A stretch of 64,000 bases of DNA from positions 15,190,001-15,254,000 of the forward strand of contig OX597820.1 in assembly GCA_951406725.2 (NCBI GenBank). The letters are read 5' to 3'. The notes beneath the pieces are model-generated. The model was given only the letters and a program-made list of their open reading frames with translations, made no database searches and was not told the DNA's origin. This DNA is from Octopus vulgaris (taxonomy: Eukaryota). The translations under genes and the position numbers were made by a program. Of this stretch, positions 25,569 to 37,850 are shown piece by piece; the stretch's first letter is position 1, and the number at the start of each line of letters is the position of its first letter.

Positions 25569-25679
25569 CTGAAGCACACAAAATCATTAAGAGTGGTGGA
25601 ACTATGAATTATATTTAATGATGTTAAATTCCTTATATATTTTGATCATTATATTCTCTGATTGCTACCTTCAAGACTT

Positions 25680-26050
25680 ATCTTTTATCTTTTACATGCT
25701 TCACTCATTGGACTACAGCCATGCTGGAGCACTACCTTGAAGGGCTCAGATGAACATATTCACCCCAGTAGTAATGTAGTTTTTTAAGCCAGGAACTTAT
25801 TCTGTTGCTGAACATAAGTCATAGGGATGTAAACAAACCAATACCTGTTGTCAAGCTGTGTGGGGACAAACATAAGACACAAAAACATACACACTTATGG
25901 GACAGGCTTCCACATAGTTTCTACCTACCAAATTTCCATGTCTTGGGTCTAAAGTAGAAGACACTTGCACAAAGGGTCATACAGTAGGACTGAACCTGAA
26001 ACCACATGGTTGCAAAGCAAGCTTCTTAACCACATGGTCGTGCTTGTGTC
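25680..26050 (-). mobile_element. Family-A SINE (diverged)
   Basis: Reverse complement of family-A head and tail. Confidence 0.8.
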
Positions 26051-26167
26051 TACATGAAATACAAGTAAAATCAATAATCAAAGTAGATCATCTAATCTAG
26101 TTTTATTCTGGTAAATAATTCTTCAGAATTATAGAAATGAGTTTTGAGAAAATCTCATATTTCATAA

Positions 26168-26805
26168 CAAGGCATGGCTGTGTGGTAAGAAGTTTATTTC
26201 TCAATCACATGGTTATAGGTTCAGTCCCAATGCATGGCACCTTGGGCAAGCGTCTTATACTAGAGCACTAAGCTGACCAAAGCCCTGTGGGTGGATTTGC
26301 GAGGTAGAAACTCAAAGAACCCAAATAGGGTGCGAGCTGGCAGAAACGTTAGCACACCTGCCGAAATGTTTAGCAGTATTTCGCCTGTCTTTATGTTCTG
26401 AGTTCAAATTCCACCGAGGTCGACTTTGCCTTTCATCCTTTCGGGGTTAATAAATTAAGTACCAGTTACGCACTGGGGCCTATGTAATCAACTTAATCCG
26501 TCTGTCTGTCCTTGTTTGTCCCCTCTATGTTTAGCCCCTTGTGGGCAATAAAGAAATAAGAAACTCAAAGAACCCCACTGTGTGTGTGTGTGGGGGGTGT
26601 CTGTTCCTTACCACTGCTTGACAACCAGTGTTAGGGTTTTTTATGCTCTTATACCTTAGTAGTTTGGCAAAAGAGACTGATAGTATAAGTATCAGTTCAA
26701 GAAAATAAAAAGTAGTAGGGTCAATTCATTTGACTAAAAGACTCTTCAAGACAGGCGCTCCAATATTGCTGCAGTCAATGACTGAAACAAATCAAAGATA
26801 AAAAA
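26168..26805 (+). mobile_element. Family-A SINE with a nested family-C SINE (26323-26558)
   Basis: Nested copy flanked by 17-bp TSD agaaactcaaagaaccc (26306-26322, 26559-26575). Confidence 0.88.
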
Positions 26806-26966
26806 ATCTAGTAAAAATAGTAAAAATTATGTTACATAGTTAGTTACTAGTCTGAAGTCATGCAACTTCATCGACTTTAAAAACAGCCTCCAAACTATTC
26901 TGAAGCCAGAGTCAGGCACATCTGATTACATACAACTGATTCAACATGTGAAACCCACATACTTAC

Positions 26967-27078
26967 TTGTAACCCAGTTGTGGTTAAGTTCTAATATACG
27001 ATCCTTAAGACCAGAATGAGCTGCTTCCAGAGCTAATTGAAGCTTTTTTCGATGTAGGTGATTTTTCATACCCAATTC
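26967..27078 (-). CDS. PPFIBP1: Liprin-beta coding exon, SAM1 C-part (ELGMKNHLHRKKLQLAL...NHNWVT)
   Basis: Acceptor cttctcag, donor A|gtaagt, 112 nt, phase 0-1. Confidence 0.96.
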
Positions 27079-27439
27079 CTGAGAAGTAATGTAATAGAAA
27101 AGTTAATTTAAAAATATAAAAAGAGAGGAGGATTCAGTTTTCCTGTCATCAAACCATTTTAAATTTATATTGCAAACTGAAGTTAGTGCAGCTTCATTTA
27201 CAATAAGATATGCAAACATTTTGAACCATGGAAATTGCCTCAATGTCAGTTACTAATTATTAAAAACAATCTTAAAAGTGAAGTAATTACTTGGAGGTAA
27301 AAATCTTCTGCTTCATCCATTTCATGAAATTTCTAAACAATATGGGGATATTTGAAGTGAAAACTATTGTTTTCTTTGGAAAAGTAAGAATAAATGAAAC
27401 ACTGTAGAGAAAAAAAAAATTGATTTAGCATGTGCTTGT

Positions 27440-28068
27440 TGAAGGCACATAGTTTAGTGATTAGAGAATTCAACTCATGAACAGAAGGTCGTGAGTTCAA
27501 TTCCTGGCAGCGTGTTGTGTCTTTAAGCATCATCATCATCATCGTTTAACGTCTGCTTTCCTTGCTAGCATGGGTTGGACGATTTTGACTGAGGGCTGGC
27601 GAACCAGACGGCCGCACCAGGCTCCAATCTTGATCTTGCAGAGTTTCTACAGCTGGATGTCCTTCCTAACGCCAACCACTCTGAGAGTGTAGTGGGTGCT
27701 TTTTATGTGCCACTGGCATGGGGCCAGTCAGGCGATACTGGCAATGACCTCGCTCAAATCTTTTTACACATGCCACCGGCATATTGTAAGGCGATATTGG
27801 TAATGATCACGCTCGAATGGTGCCCTTTTATGTGCCACTTTATTTCCCCGTTGCTCTAGTCCATTCAGCTGGCAAAAATCAGTTGTACCTGTAATTCAAA
27901 GGGCCAGCCTTGTCACATTCTGTGTCATGCTGAATCTCCCCAAGAACTATGTTAAGAGTACACATGTCTGTGGAGTGCTCAGCCACTTGCATGTTAATTT
28001 CGCAAGCAGGCTGCTGTTACATTGATTGGATCCAGTGGAACATGCATCATTGCTACTGACAGAGTGCT
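27440..28068 (+). mobile_element. tRNA-derived SINE interrupted by a family-B retroposon (about 27528-27840, minus)
   Basis: Head gaaggcacatagtttagtg...gagttcaattcc; 3' part matches about 21315-21505 and 11695-11850. Confidence 0.75.
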
Positions 28069-29047
28069 AGTTTTGTGTGTGTGTGTGTGTGCGCATGCAA
28101 GCAACTGTGTGTGTTTGTCTTTATACAGACAGACATATTACAATTACATTTAGAGTTTGTCTGTCTTATTCTTGTGTTTCCTTCCTCCCCAGATTAATCA
28201 AATTATATCTATAAAAGTTACCCAATCATTTAAAGCTGTATAACTTCTAAATTAAATTTTTTTTTTCTCCATAGCAATTTCAAATTGTAGAACGGGAGGT
28301 CTCATTGCATTCATTAATCTGATTAATTTCTCTCTGGAGTGTTTTTCATTATTTTATTTCAGAGACAAAATAGTGCACCAATATCTTATGTCAGGCTTCA
28401 CAGAATGGAATCAAGAATAAGGTTGGGGGTTGCTAGTAATGCATGAAGAGAATAAATTCCAAAAGAGAAGGACTGCATATTTATGCTTAGATAGGAGACT
28501 AAAGTGAAAAAAATATCATTAAATCATTAAAAGTGGTAGACAATGTATTTAATTATGGTAGTAACAAAAACTCATCAGGAGTAGGTTTGCTAATTAAATA
28601 CACTTTTACTTTTTATAATACAGTTCAGGATGTTGGTTTCATTGCATCAAACAATGAAATATTGAAAGCTATCCTTCCTAGCAGAGTATATCTTTTCTGT
28701 TGACTATGAAAGATGAAATCAAATTTCTTCAATCTATTCCAGAGATTTGATCACATGACTCTTCTAATGCAGGGTTATTACGATGCCAGACTGTTTCTCA
28801 CAAATGTTTGAATTATATAGGTTTCAGATTTTTTCTGAGATAATTAATGACTGTATTTTGTCAGTTTCTTTACAGAGTGAATAATATTTTGGACAAACAG
28901 TTTACAATCCACCACATATTAATATCTTTCATGTGTTTCATGGCATGATAGTAGGGAAAACAGACATTAAAATGACAATGACTAGTGATATAAAAAGGGC
29001 GATTTTGAAACATAGTTTTTTTTTTTTTTATCACACATGGTCTTTAA

Positions 29048-30123
29048 CCCTTTTGTTACCAAACCGCCCGAAAAAAATTTTGGTTAATGTGACCAAGCCG
29101 CCCAAAACTGCTCGAATTTACCTATTCATATTTAAATGAGAATATCAGAGCAAATCTCTTTAGTACATTCGTGAAAATACGTATTATACTTCGTAATGAG
29201 TTCAACTATAGTTTTGTACAAAAATCGAAGTGTAATTTTAATTCCGTGAATTTTGGGAGATTTTTTTCCCGGAATTTGTTCCTATTGTGTTTTCAAAATT
29301 TGTAATTCTGACAAAAAATGGATACGAATTTCATTATATCAAGCAGCGAGTCAGAATTCGAAGGATTTTCTACTGAAGACCTTCATAAATCTAACTCTAT
29401 GACTGAAAAAAAGCATGTGGTATTTGATAATGAATCTGATGTTTCATTTTCCGAAAGTGAAAACAGTGAATCCGAGAGCTCCGACAGCGATAAAGAACCT
29501 GAATTGGCACCTGAATGGAGTGAAAATTTAAAAACTGTTTCTTTCGGTGATTTTTCTGAAGAAACTGGACCAATCACAGACTTTCCCAGGAGAGTAAAGC
29601 CTTAGACTATTTCTTTTTACTTTTTCGAATGAGCCTATTTGAAATCATTACGGCGACATTGGTAACTTTTACGCTAAACATAAACAAAGCGAAAGAAAGG
29701 ATAGTTAGTGGTTTCATAACCATCAAAAATGAAATTAAGACTATTTTGCCATAAATATTATTATGGGTATCAGAAAGTTACCCAGAATAACAAATTCTAT
29801 CGTAAAATTTTGTTGTATACCCAATTGAATATTAGCTAATAACCCATTTTCTATAGCGATGTTTTGAACAAAATTTTAATAATGTTATATTTTGTTGAAT
29901 TTACCTGTATCTACCTGCAATTAGAGTCACTTTGTGACAAAAATTATAATATAGAATTGGTTGAGAACATTTCATTAAATTATCTTCCAAAATTCACGAA
30001 TATATATTGATAAATAAAAAGTTATAGTTGTTTAATGAAACCAGACTAAATTTATGATTACATTAGAGATTAATTGAAACACATAAGGGGTGTATTTTGG
30101 TCAGAAATATAGTAACGAAAGGG
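29048..30123 (+). mobile_element. Internally deleted piggyBac element with transposase N-terminal remnant
   Basis: TTAA TSDs (29044-29047, 30124-30127), TIR CCCTTT(T/C)GTTAC; ORF 29318-29605 has an acidic SESEFEGF start, then frameshifted LDYFFLLF...FAINIIMGIRKLP. Confidence 0.9.
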
Positions 30124-30275
30124 TTAAGGCTCATGAAGTATTCAATCTTTTTGTTCCATCAGTCTTAACAACAAAAATAATAAAGAAAGAAAGAAAAGAA
30201 AAATCTTCAGATTTTCCCTTATTTCAGAATTGTTAAGCAACTAGATACTAAACACAACCACACTGGATTACGAAC

Positions 30276-30426
30276 CTTTTCATAATCGTGGTGGGTAGCA
30301 TTTAACAGCTGTTCTCCATTCCTGATCCATCTTCGTGCCTCATGGACATACATGTCAAGGCCAATTTCATGAAGCCAAGAGGCAACCCGATCACTATCCC
30401 AACTCTCAAAAGGAACATTTGAATCA
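30276..30426 (-). CDS. PPFIBP1: Liprin-beta coding exon, SAM1 N-part (DSNVPFESWDSDRVASWL...HDYEK)
   Basis: Acceptor tgtttttctag, donor AAG|gttcgt, 151 nt, phase 2-0. Confidence 0.96.
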
Positions 30427-30779
30427 CTAGAAAAACAAATAAAAGTATATGTCAATTAGTTTTCTTCAGTACCAAAACTGTAATAAAAATGATGTTTAAA
30501 ATCACTAGATCTAAGAATCTAGGTTTATTCAGTTACATATAATGTTTGTTAGCTTGACAGCATTATCATTAAACAGCATCTATACAAGTTTCTTATTTAA
30601 ACACACTAACACATCTGTTACATATTTAAACTATGTATTAACTTAGTATTGCAAAAAAAAAAAAAAAAAAATTTCTGTTTTAATAAAAATGTATGTTTTT
30701 CTTATATAACTTATCATATCTATATAAAAATATTCATGTAATAATAATTGTTTCAAACCAAAAGTTAAGGAGGAAGAAT

Positions 30780-32636
30780 ATAGACAATTTAACTGGATCC
30801 AATATATGACTGGTACATATTTAATCAACTTCAGAAGGGTGAATGACAAATTGGCCTTGATAAGATTAGAACTTAGAACATAAAGGGTGAGAATAAATAC
30901 ACGAGATTTTGTTCAATAATCAGTTGATTCTGCTAATCTTCCTATTCAGTATTAATACCAATATTAAATTACTTCTGCATTAGATTAAGTGGGAACACAG
31001 ACACTAGAAGGATGAAATCCAAAGTCTCAGAATGCAAAATGAGGACTTTATCGAGCATTCTACCAAATCTGCTAACCTTAGTAATAATAAACCTTTCTAT
31101 TATAGGCACAAGGCCTGAAATATTTTGGGTGGCCATGCTAGTCAATTGCATTGATGCCAGTGTTTGAATGATAATTATTTCATCAAAACTGAAAGGACAA
31201 AAGGTAAAGTTGACCTCAGTGAGATTTGAACTCAGGACGTCCAGATGGACAAAATACTGCCAAGTATTTTGCCCAGTGTCCTAATGATTCTGTGAGCTTG
31301 CCACCATATCCTTAGTATTAATAGTCCTTTCTGCTTTAGGTACAAGGCCTGAAATTTTGTGGGAGGGGTCTAGTTGATTATATTGACCCCAGTGCTTGAC
31401 TGGTACTTAATTTATCAACTACAAAAGGATAAAAGGCGAAGTCAACCTCAGCAGAATTTGAACTCAGAATGTAGTGACAGGCGAAATACTTAGCCTTTTG
31501 TCCAACATGTTAATGATTCTGCCAGCTTACCGTGTTGTCCTTAGAATTAATAATGATTTTAATAATTTCTTACATCACTGAGCAACTGGGAAGAGTAGGG
31601 AGAGGGTACAATAAATTAATTCGATCTCAGAACTTGACTGATACTTGTTTTACTGACCCCAGAAGGATGAACACCAAAGTCAACTCTGGCTGAACTTAGA
31701 CTCAAAATGCAAAAGGATGTAACTAAATACTAAGCATTTTGCTTGGCATTCCACTGAGTCTGCCATCCATCATTTTTAATCTTCATAAGATAACTGGTGG
31801 TCTACAAGTCTACTAATTTTGTGTTAATGCAAGAATGCTAATATCTTTAACACTATTTATACTTTTCTTTGTTGAGTGAGATTTAGATGTCTTTCTTTAA
31901 AACAAAATTTTAAATATTTCTATCTCATAGAAATTATTACATTTAGAAGCATTAGCTGGGCTTGTAGCTAAAAGGTATTAACAATAATAATATTGATTAA
32001 TATTGATTCCTGATGTAGACATGAGGCATCAAATTTTAAGGGAGAAATATAATTGATAATATTGATTCCAGGATTTGACAGTTACTTTACAATACCAACC
32101 TCAGGAGAACGAAAGGTAAAGTTGGCTTCAGTGGAATGTGAACTTGGAACACAGAATCATAATTTAATGGCTCTTTATGATCTGGTATTATGGTATTTTG
32201 CCTGATGCTCTACTGATTCTGTCAATCTGCTGAATAATAATAATAATAATAATCATTCGCTTTCCATGCTAGCATGGGTTGAACGATTTTGACTGAGGGC
32301 TGGAGAACCAGATGGCTGCACCAGGCTCCAATCTTGATCTGGCAGAATTTCTACAGCTGGATGCCCTTCCTAACACCAACCACTCTGAGAGTATAGTGGG
32401 TGCTTTTTACATACTACCGGCACAGGGGACCTCCTTTCCATTATAGGCACAAGGCTTGAAATTTGGAGAAGGGGCCTGGTTGATTACTTTGACCTCAGAA
32501 CTCAGCTGGTACATATTTCATCAACATGAAAGGTGAAATCGACCTTGGTGGTATTTGAACTCAGAGTATAAAGAGCTAGATGGAATACTGCAAAGCATGT
32601 CTGACACACTAATGCTCCTGCCAGATCCCTACCTTA
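30780..32636 (-). mobile_element. Cluster of about 6 same-orientation family-C SINEs plus one family-B fragment
   Basis: Repeated aaggcctgaaat...gaaagga.aaaagg.aaagt..acctcag...atttgaactcag...gattctg units. Confidence 0.82.
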
Positions 32637-33695
32637 ATGGTAATAATACTAAGTTTATTACAAGCAATATAACTAACATAGCATGTGCCCTCAGAAATTC
32701 CAGGTCAGCGTCTGGCATGCTGGAAGACCACTGGGGGTGAGATACTCCTTAGCTTTTTGTTAAAGCATGTCTCTAGGACTTGATTCGAAGCCAGACTACA
32801 TCAGTTCCAATAAGTAGCAGTAACTTGGTCAGTGAATCCTCTGCAATGGTTGGCAACCAACAAGAAGATGGGCTGCTATGGATTACACTATTCCAAACTG
32901 AGTATCCATGTGACCAAGGACTACATGTGAACATGTATTTCTACTGAAACTCCGAAATTGGAGCCAGCTCAACTGACTCAGGGTGAATCATGAGAAGAAT
33001 AAAACTCCACTAAATATTACATAAATAATAATGGTAGCTATTTTATCCAAAGGAATAAGTACTTCAGAATAGAAATAAAAGTTGGAAAATAAAATTGGGA
33101 TAAATGAGAAGTAATTATATAACAGTTTGCTAATGACTCTGAAATGCAATTCTAAAACCACTGTGGTAGGCTAACGAAACAAAAATGGCTTCATGGAAAA
33201 ATACAACAAATTGACTGTTGTGTGTGTGTATGTGTGTGTATAGGGGCAAAAAAGAGAGCCAAGTTTGACATTTATTGATTCCATTAACATACATGGAAAC
33301 AAATCCAAAAACAAAAGTGCTACACAATCTTTTTTTAATAATAAAAATCAGATGAAATATTTTCAATATTGATTAGAATAGAACACAGACAACAAGGAGC
33401 AGTGATAGTTAGATTACAAAATGTGAAGTTTTGGTTTGTACACAAGCATAAGGGGGGGAAAAACATTCCATGCAGCAAATAAAAAAATCAGAGAAAGATT
33501 AAGTGAAGACTTTGTTTGTTGTAGTCTCTTTAAATTAACATCCAGAGTTGAAAACCCTGAAAGTTAATAGTCATAACCTCTAAAAAAAGCAGACATTGCA
33601 CAAGATATATATGTTTCAGACCGTGTTTAAACAGAATGTTACAATATTACAAAATGAACTGATTTAGAAATATGTCATGAGTGTGTGTATATATC

Positions 33696-33744
<49 letters not shown>

Positions 33745-35822
33745 TGTATAACAGAGAGATTAGACACAACAATCTGATAAATAGCACAAGTAAGATTCAT
33801 TTCTTTGTAGCTAGTTGATCACTAGTGGCTTCCAAGAATACCTTTCTGTTGGCACTCACGTGAACTTTAAATGTTACCATGCTTGACACACAAACATTTT
33901 GCATTTCTACGGTGCAAATTTCATTCATGCATATTAACATTCACATTGACAAAGTTTCTCTTCGGTTTCAATAAAAGAATATACGGCTAACTGTGTGTAA
34001 CGAAATGTTTACAATGCAATAATGAAAAAAACTGAACACAACATTTAGCTTGAATCACATGACACATCCTATCTCGCTTGTGCCAGTTTCTAAACTTTTG
34101 CCATTTACCTACACACATGTAGACAATCTGGTGAGTAAACAACTGAAGATAAATAGCAGAGACCTATTCATAAACACACTCTGATATGTAAAACTTATGA
34201 GTGGACATCTATGATAGCAAATAAACTATGAAAAGTTGAAATATTTAATAAATGGAACAGAATCCATGAGACATGTATGTTTGAAAATAAGTAAGAAGCT
34301 ATATTTTTTTTTTTGGAGGAAAGCCATGTACATGCATACATATATGAATAAGGATTGAGACCCACTAGCAGAGTATCAAGCAACAGCCATACATAAAGTT
34401 ACCATTTTTTAAAAAGCACAGCTCAAATTTCTTGTTTACTTACTCTTTAGCCGAAGGTAAAGGGTCATGCTCTAAACCCCAAATGGATTAGAAAAATGAG
34501 GGAAATATCTTTTGAAAAGCATTTTTCTCCTATTTATTTTCCCCCCTTTAATAGTTTTGACTTGTAAATCATAAAAAAAAAAATAATAAATGAATTGAGA
34601 CTAAAACGGCCTTAAGGTGAGCTAAAACAAACTTCTATTGATTGAGAACAACTGTGAAATTCAATTTACATCAGTAAAGTTGAGCAGAAACACACTAATA
34701 AGTTATTAACATGTAACGGACTGGACTACATATTTTCATTTGTGTGTATAAGTACATATATATATATACATATATACATATACACAGACACATAGATTTG
34801 TTTGGAATTACAAATCTGCAACTGGAGAGTATATCAACCAGTATAATATACAGCTGTTGTTATATTCTAGCAGTTTGTTAGAATTAATATGGCAACTAAT
34901 GTGAGATGTTAAAAAATATGAACCACTTAATATTATTACAAAGGGATATTAATTATTATTATTAAACTGTTGAATGGAATAGACCCCTGTTACTTAAAAT
35001 CAAAAGCCAAATGAAGAAGGACTTCATATATTTTCAATAAGAAGTAATTTAACTTATTTCTGATGTACAAGACCATTTTGTAATATAAAGTATTGTTAAT
35101 CAGCTTGGCTCTATTAGATTACCAGATTTTTTAATTTATGAAAGAAGAACTAAAATACACTATTCACTAATACTGCAAAAAAATAGGTTTCACCCAACCC
35201 CACTCAGATTACAGACAATAATATCTGACTTTTATAAATTTCTCATTGAAAGTTGTTTGTGGAAAAACAGGGAAAAATGTATTTCATTAATTAGTAACTT
35301 AAGTAACAATCATTTTTGTTGTAAGAAAGTTATAGTACTACTGTTTTTTCTACATTAGTATTATTTTTGTTATTGTTATAAATTTTTGAAATTTAGAAAT
35401 TTAGAAATTAAATTCTACCATCAATTTATGGAGAAAGCATTCCAATGCCATAAAAATATACAAATTTAATAAATGAATAAATAAATAAATAAATAAAGCA
35501 GGAATGAGGAAAAAAGATAACATAAAAATTGTATTACTGTATTACTCGCTTGAAAGAAAAAAAAATAATCAATGTTTTAAAATCTTTAGTCCTCCATAAT
35601 TCCAGTGGATAATAAAGTTAACACCCCATGATCAAACCTTGGGGGGGAAAAAAGGACAATTGAATAGAAATAAGAAGCACTAATGGAAAAGGGTGGGTCG
35701 GGAAATGTTTTGTTTTTAAATCAAAATAAATGGAGGCATGAATGCATTCCATGCACTAGCACCACTGGAATGAACATCAGGTGTAGGACTCCACCAGATG
35801 GGAAGAGAAAACATTTACTTAC

Positions 35823-35942
35823 TGGTTTATTTTTAAATCTTTCGACCAGGCCAGCCGTGCCCCAGCTGTAGCCCGAATACCTCCACGCCTAAATTCTTCA
35901 TTCATGTCACCATCAAAGTCTTGAGAACTGCTTCGTTTTAAT
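35823..35942 (-). CDS. PPFIBP1: Liprin-beta coding exon (LKRSSSQDF...EFRRGGIRATAGARLAWSKDLKIN)
   Basis: Acceptor ttctgtttcag, donor CA|gtaagt, 120 nt, phase 2-2; conserved RATAGxRL motif. Confidence 0.96.
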
Positions 35943-36603
35943 CTGAAACAGAAGTCGTTTTCTTCGATAGGTATCCAAAGGCTTGTTGTTATTTCCAGCA
36001 TTTGCCAACATAAGGAAGTCTTCAGAATTTGACTGATCACAAGAAAACTGGTTAATTCATCCACTACTATCACTGGTCACCACTGCTGGAGAGGCCCAAC
36101 CCAAAATACTTTAACTCAAACTGTGAAAAAAAATCTGAATGTTTTCCTTTCCTTCTGTTAAAATAAACTCCCTGGTTCGATTTAAACCAACTGTTTGAAT
36201 ATTTACATCAACATTTGGCTGTAATAAGTACTAAATTTAAAGCATGTATGATGTAAAATATCTATTACTGTATTCCATTCTATAAAAACCACACAAAATC
36301 AGTGTATTAGATATGTAACCTATAGAATAAACAGGGAAAATTTAGCTATTTCTCCGTAGATTGAAAAAAGTGATGAACAGCCTTAATCAATTTTCGAACT
36401 GTATTGCGCTCTTATCAAACTGACCAATGCCAGAGAAACAAATAGCCATTCTGTTTATATACTCAACAAATCCAGAAGCTAAAGAAAACTGGAGCTACTA
36501 ATTTGCATACCATTACTGTTTAACAATTCATTTAATATAAGGGGCCTGTCAGTGATGGGTCTCAGACCATACAGTATCAAGGTATGATATAATGTATGTA
36601 ACC

Positions 36604-36634
<31 letters not shown>

Positions 36635-36764
36635 ATAAGATCGTTAATTTAAAATAAAATAATGATTTTATCAAGTGGCCAGCATGGGAAAAATAACCTT
36701 CCAAGGTAATAATTATTAAAATTATAAATTAGGGTATCTACGAGATACCACCATGCTGAAAATA

Positions 36765-36825
<61 letters not shown>

Positions 36826-37504
36826 TTCACATACATATAAACAGGGTAAATATACCTATTTCTTTGGGTAATCTATGTTAAGCGCTCAATCAAGAGTATG
36901 TCTAAATGCACCACTGAATACAAATATTTAAATGTAATATTAAATATGTGATAGATTTAATTTTATTTAGAGTAACAAGAGTTGATAAGGGTAAAATATG
37001 CCACATTACTTTTGAATATATATTACAAACTTGGAATTTACCTCACTGAGAGACTTGTTGAAATTCACACTTCATTAACTGTCCACATGAAATAATAATT
37101 TTTAGTCTCTTGTTCTATTTCATCCAATTAATGTGCTTAATTAAATTTTCCTAGTCACGTGACACTTATTTTATAAAAATATTACGATTGACCTAAACAT
37201 TGATTAAATCACATATGTGTCCATTTATTGTCCAGGAAATATGAAATGAATTTTGAACCGATAGCTGACTAGTTCAAAATTATCTTAACATTAAAAACAA
37301 CAACCAAGCAATATGTTCTAAAGTAGTTAGATGTTGCTGTCTCATCACTTGCATTTGATATCAAAAGTATATAACAAATGATACTCTTTTTAAATGAGTC
37401 CCTATCTTGCTTTAAAGAGTCATGCATTGCAGTCTAACAGTTTGATACCATGTAGTGGTAGGACTAAAACTAGTATTAATCTAAGGTAAGCTCTGACATA
37501 TCAT

Positions 37505-37850
37505 CACCACAAGGTCCAGTCTTTGTTGTGGTGTGGTAGCTTGGGTACCTCAATGATCCCAGAGAGCTATGCTGGTAGAGCACAAGCTCCTGGTAGGGCC
37601 ACCCATACTGGACAGGTCAAAGGATAGAGGCCAGATTAATATGGACCAGGTCTTCATAGAGCTAAAAATGGGCTTGTGTAAGACCAACACCCCTACCTAG
37701 AAAAAAAGCCAAGATTACAGAAGTATTGATGGTAATTCAAAACCAACAAAACTTGGGAGCAGAAGGTCACCTGTCAGGGAAATGTTTTTCAGAGTCAAGA
37801 ACAGCAGAGAAAAGTTATCAATAGTTTTTGCTCCCTAGGGAGTGAAGGGT
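37505..37850 (+). mobile_element. Probable RTE-type LINE 5'/3' remnant
   Basis: GC-richer island aatgatcccagagagctatgctgg...ggtagggccacccat...ggtcaaagg resembling RTE 5' UTRs (from memory). Confidence 0.45.

Noticed and set aside
29318-29605. Acidic 95-aa ORF as an independent gene
   Set aside because: Lies inside a TTAA/TIR-bounded piggyBac derivative and continues by frameshift into transposase remnants.
33842-33935. ATG-led frame MNEICTVEMQNVCVSSMVTFKVH ending at a gtgagt donor
   Set aside because: Phase 0, incompatible with the next exon (phase 2); no good acceptor.
34109-34142. 34-nt exon-like segment with good acceptor and donor
   Set aside because: Frameshifting and ends in TAG; such pairs arise by chance in AT-rich introns. 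At most a poison exon.
34444-34560. 117-nt exon-like segment with a gtaagt donor
   Set aside because: In-frame stops in the required phase.
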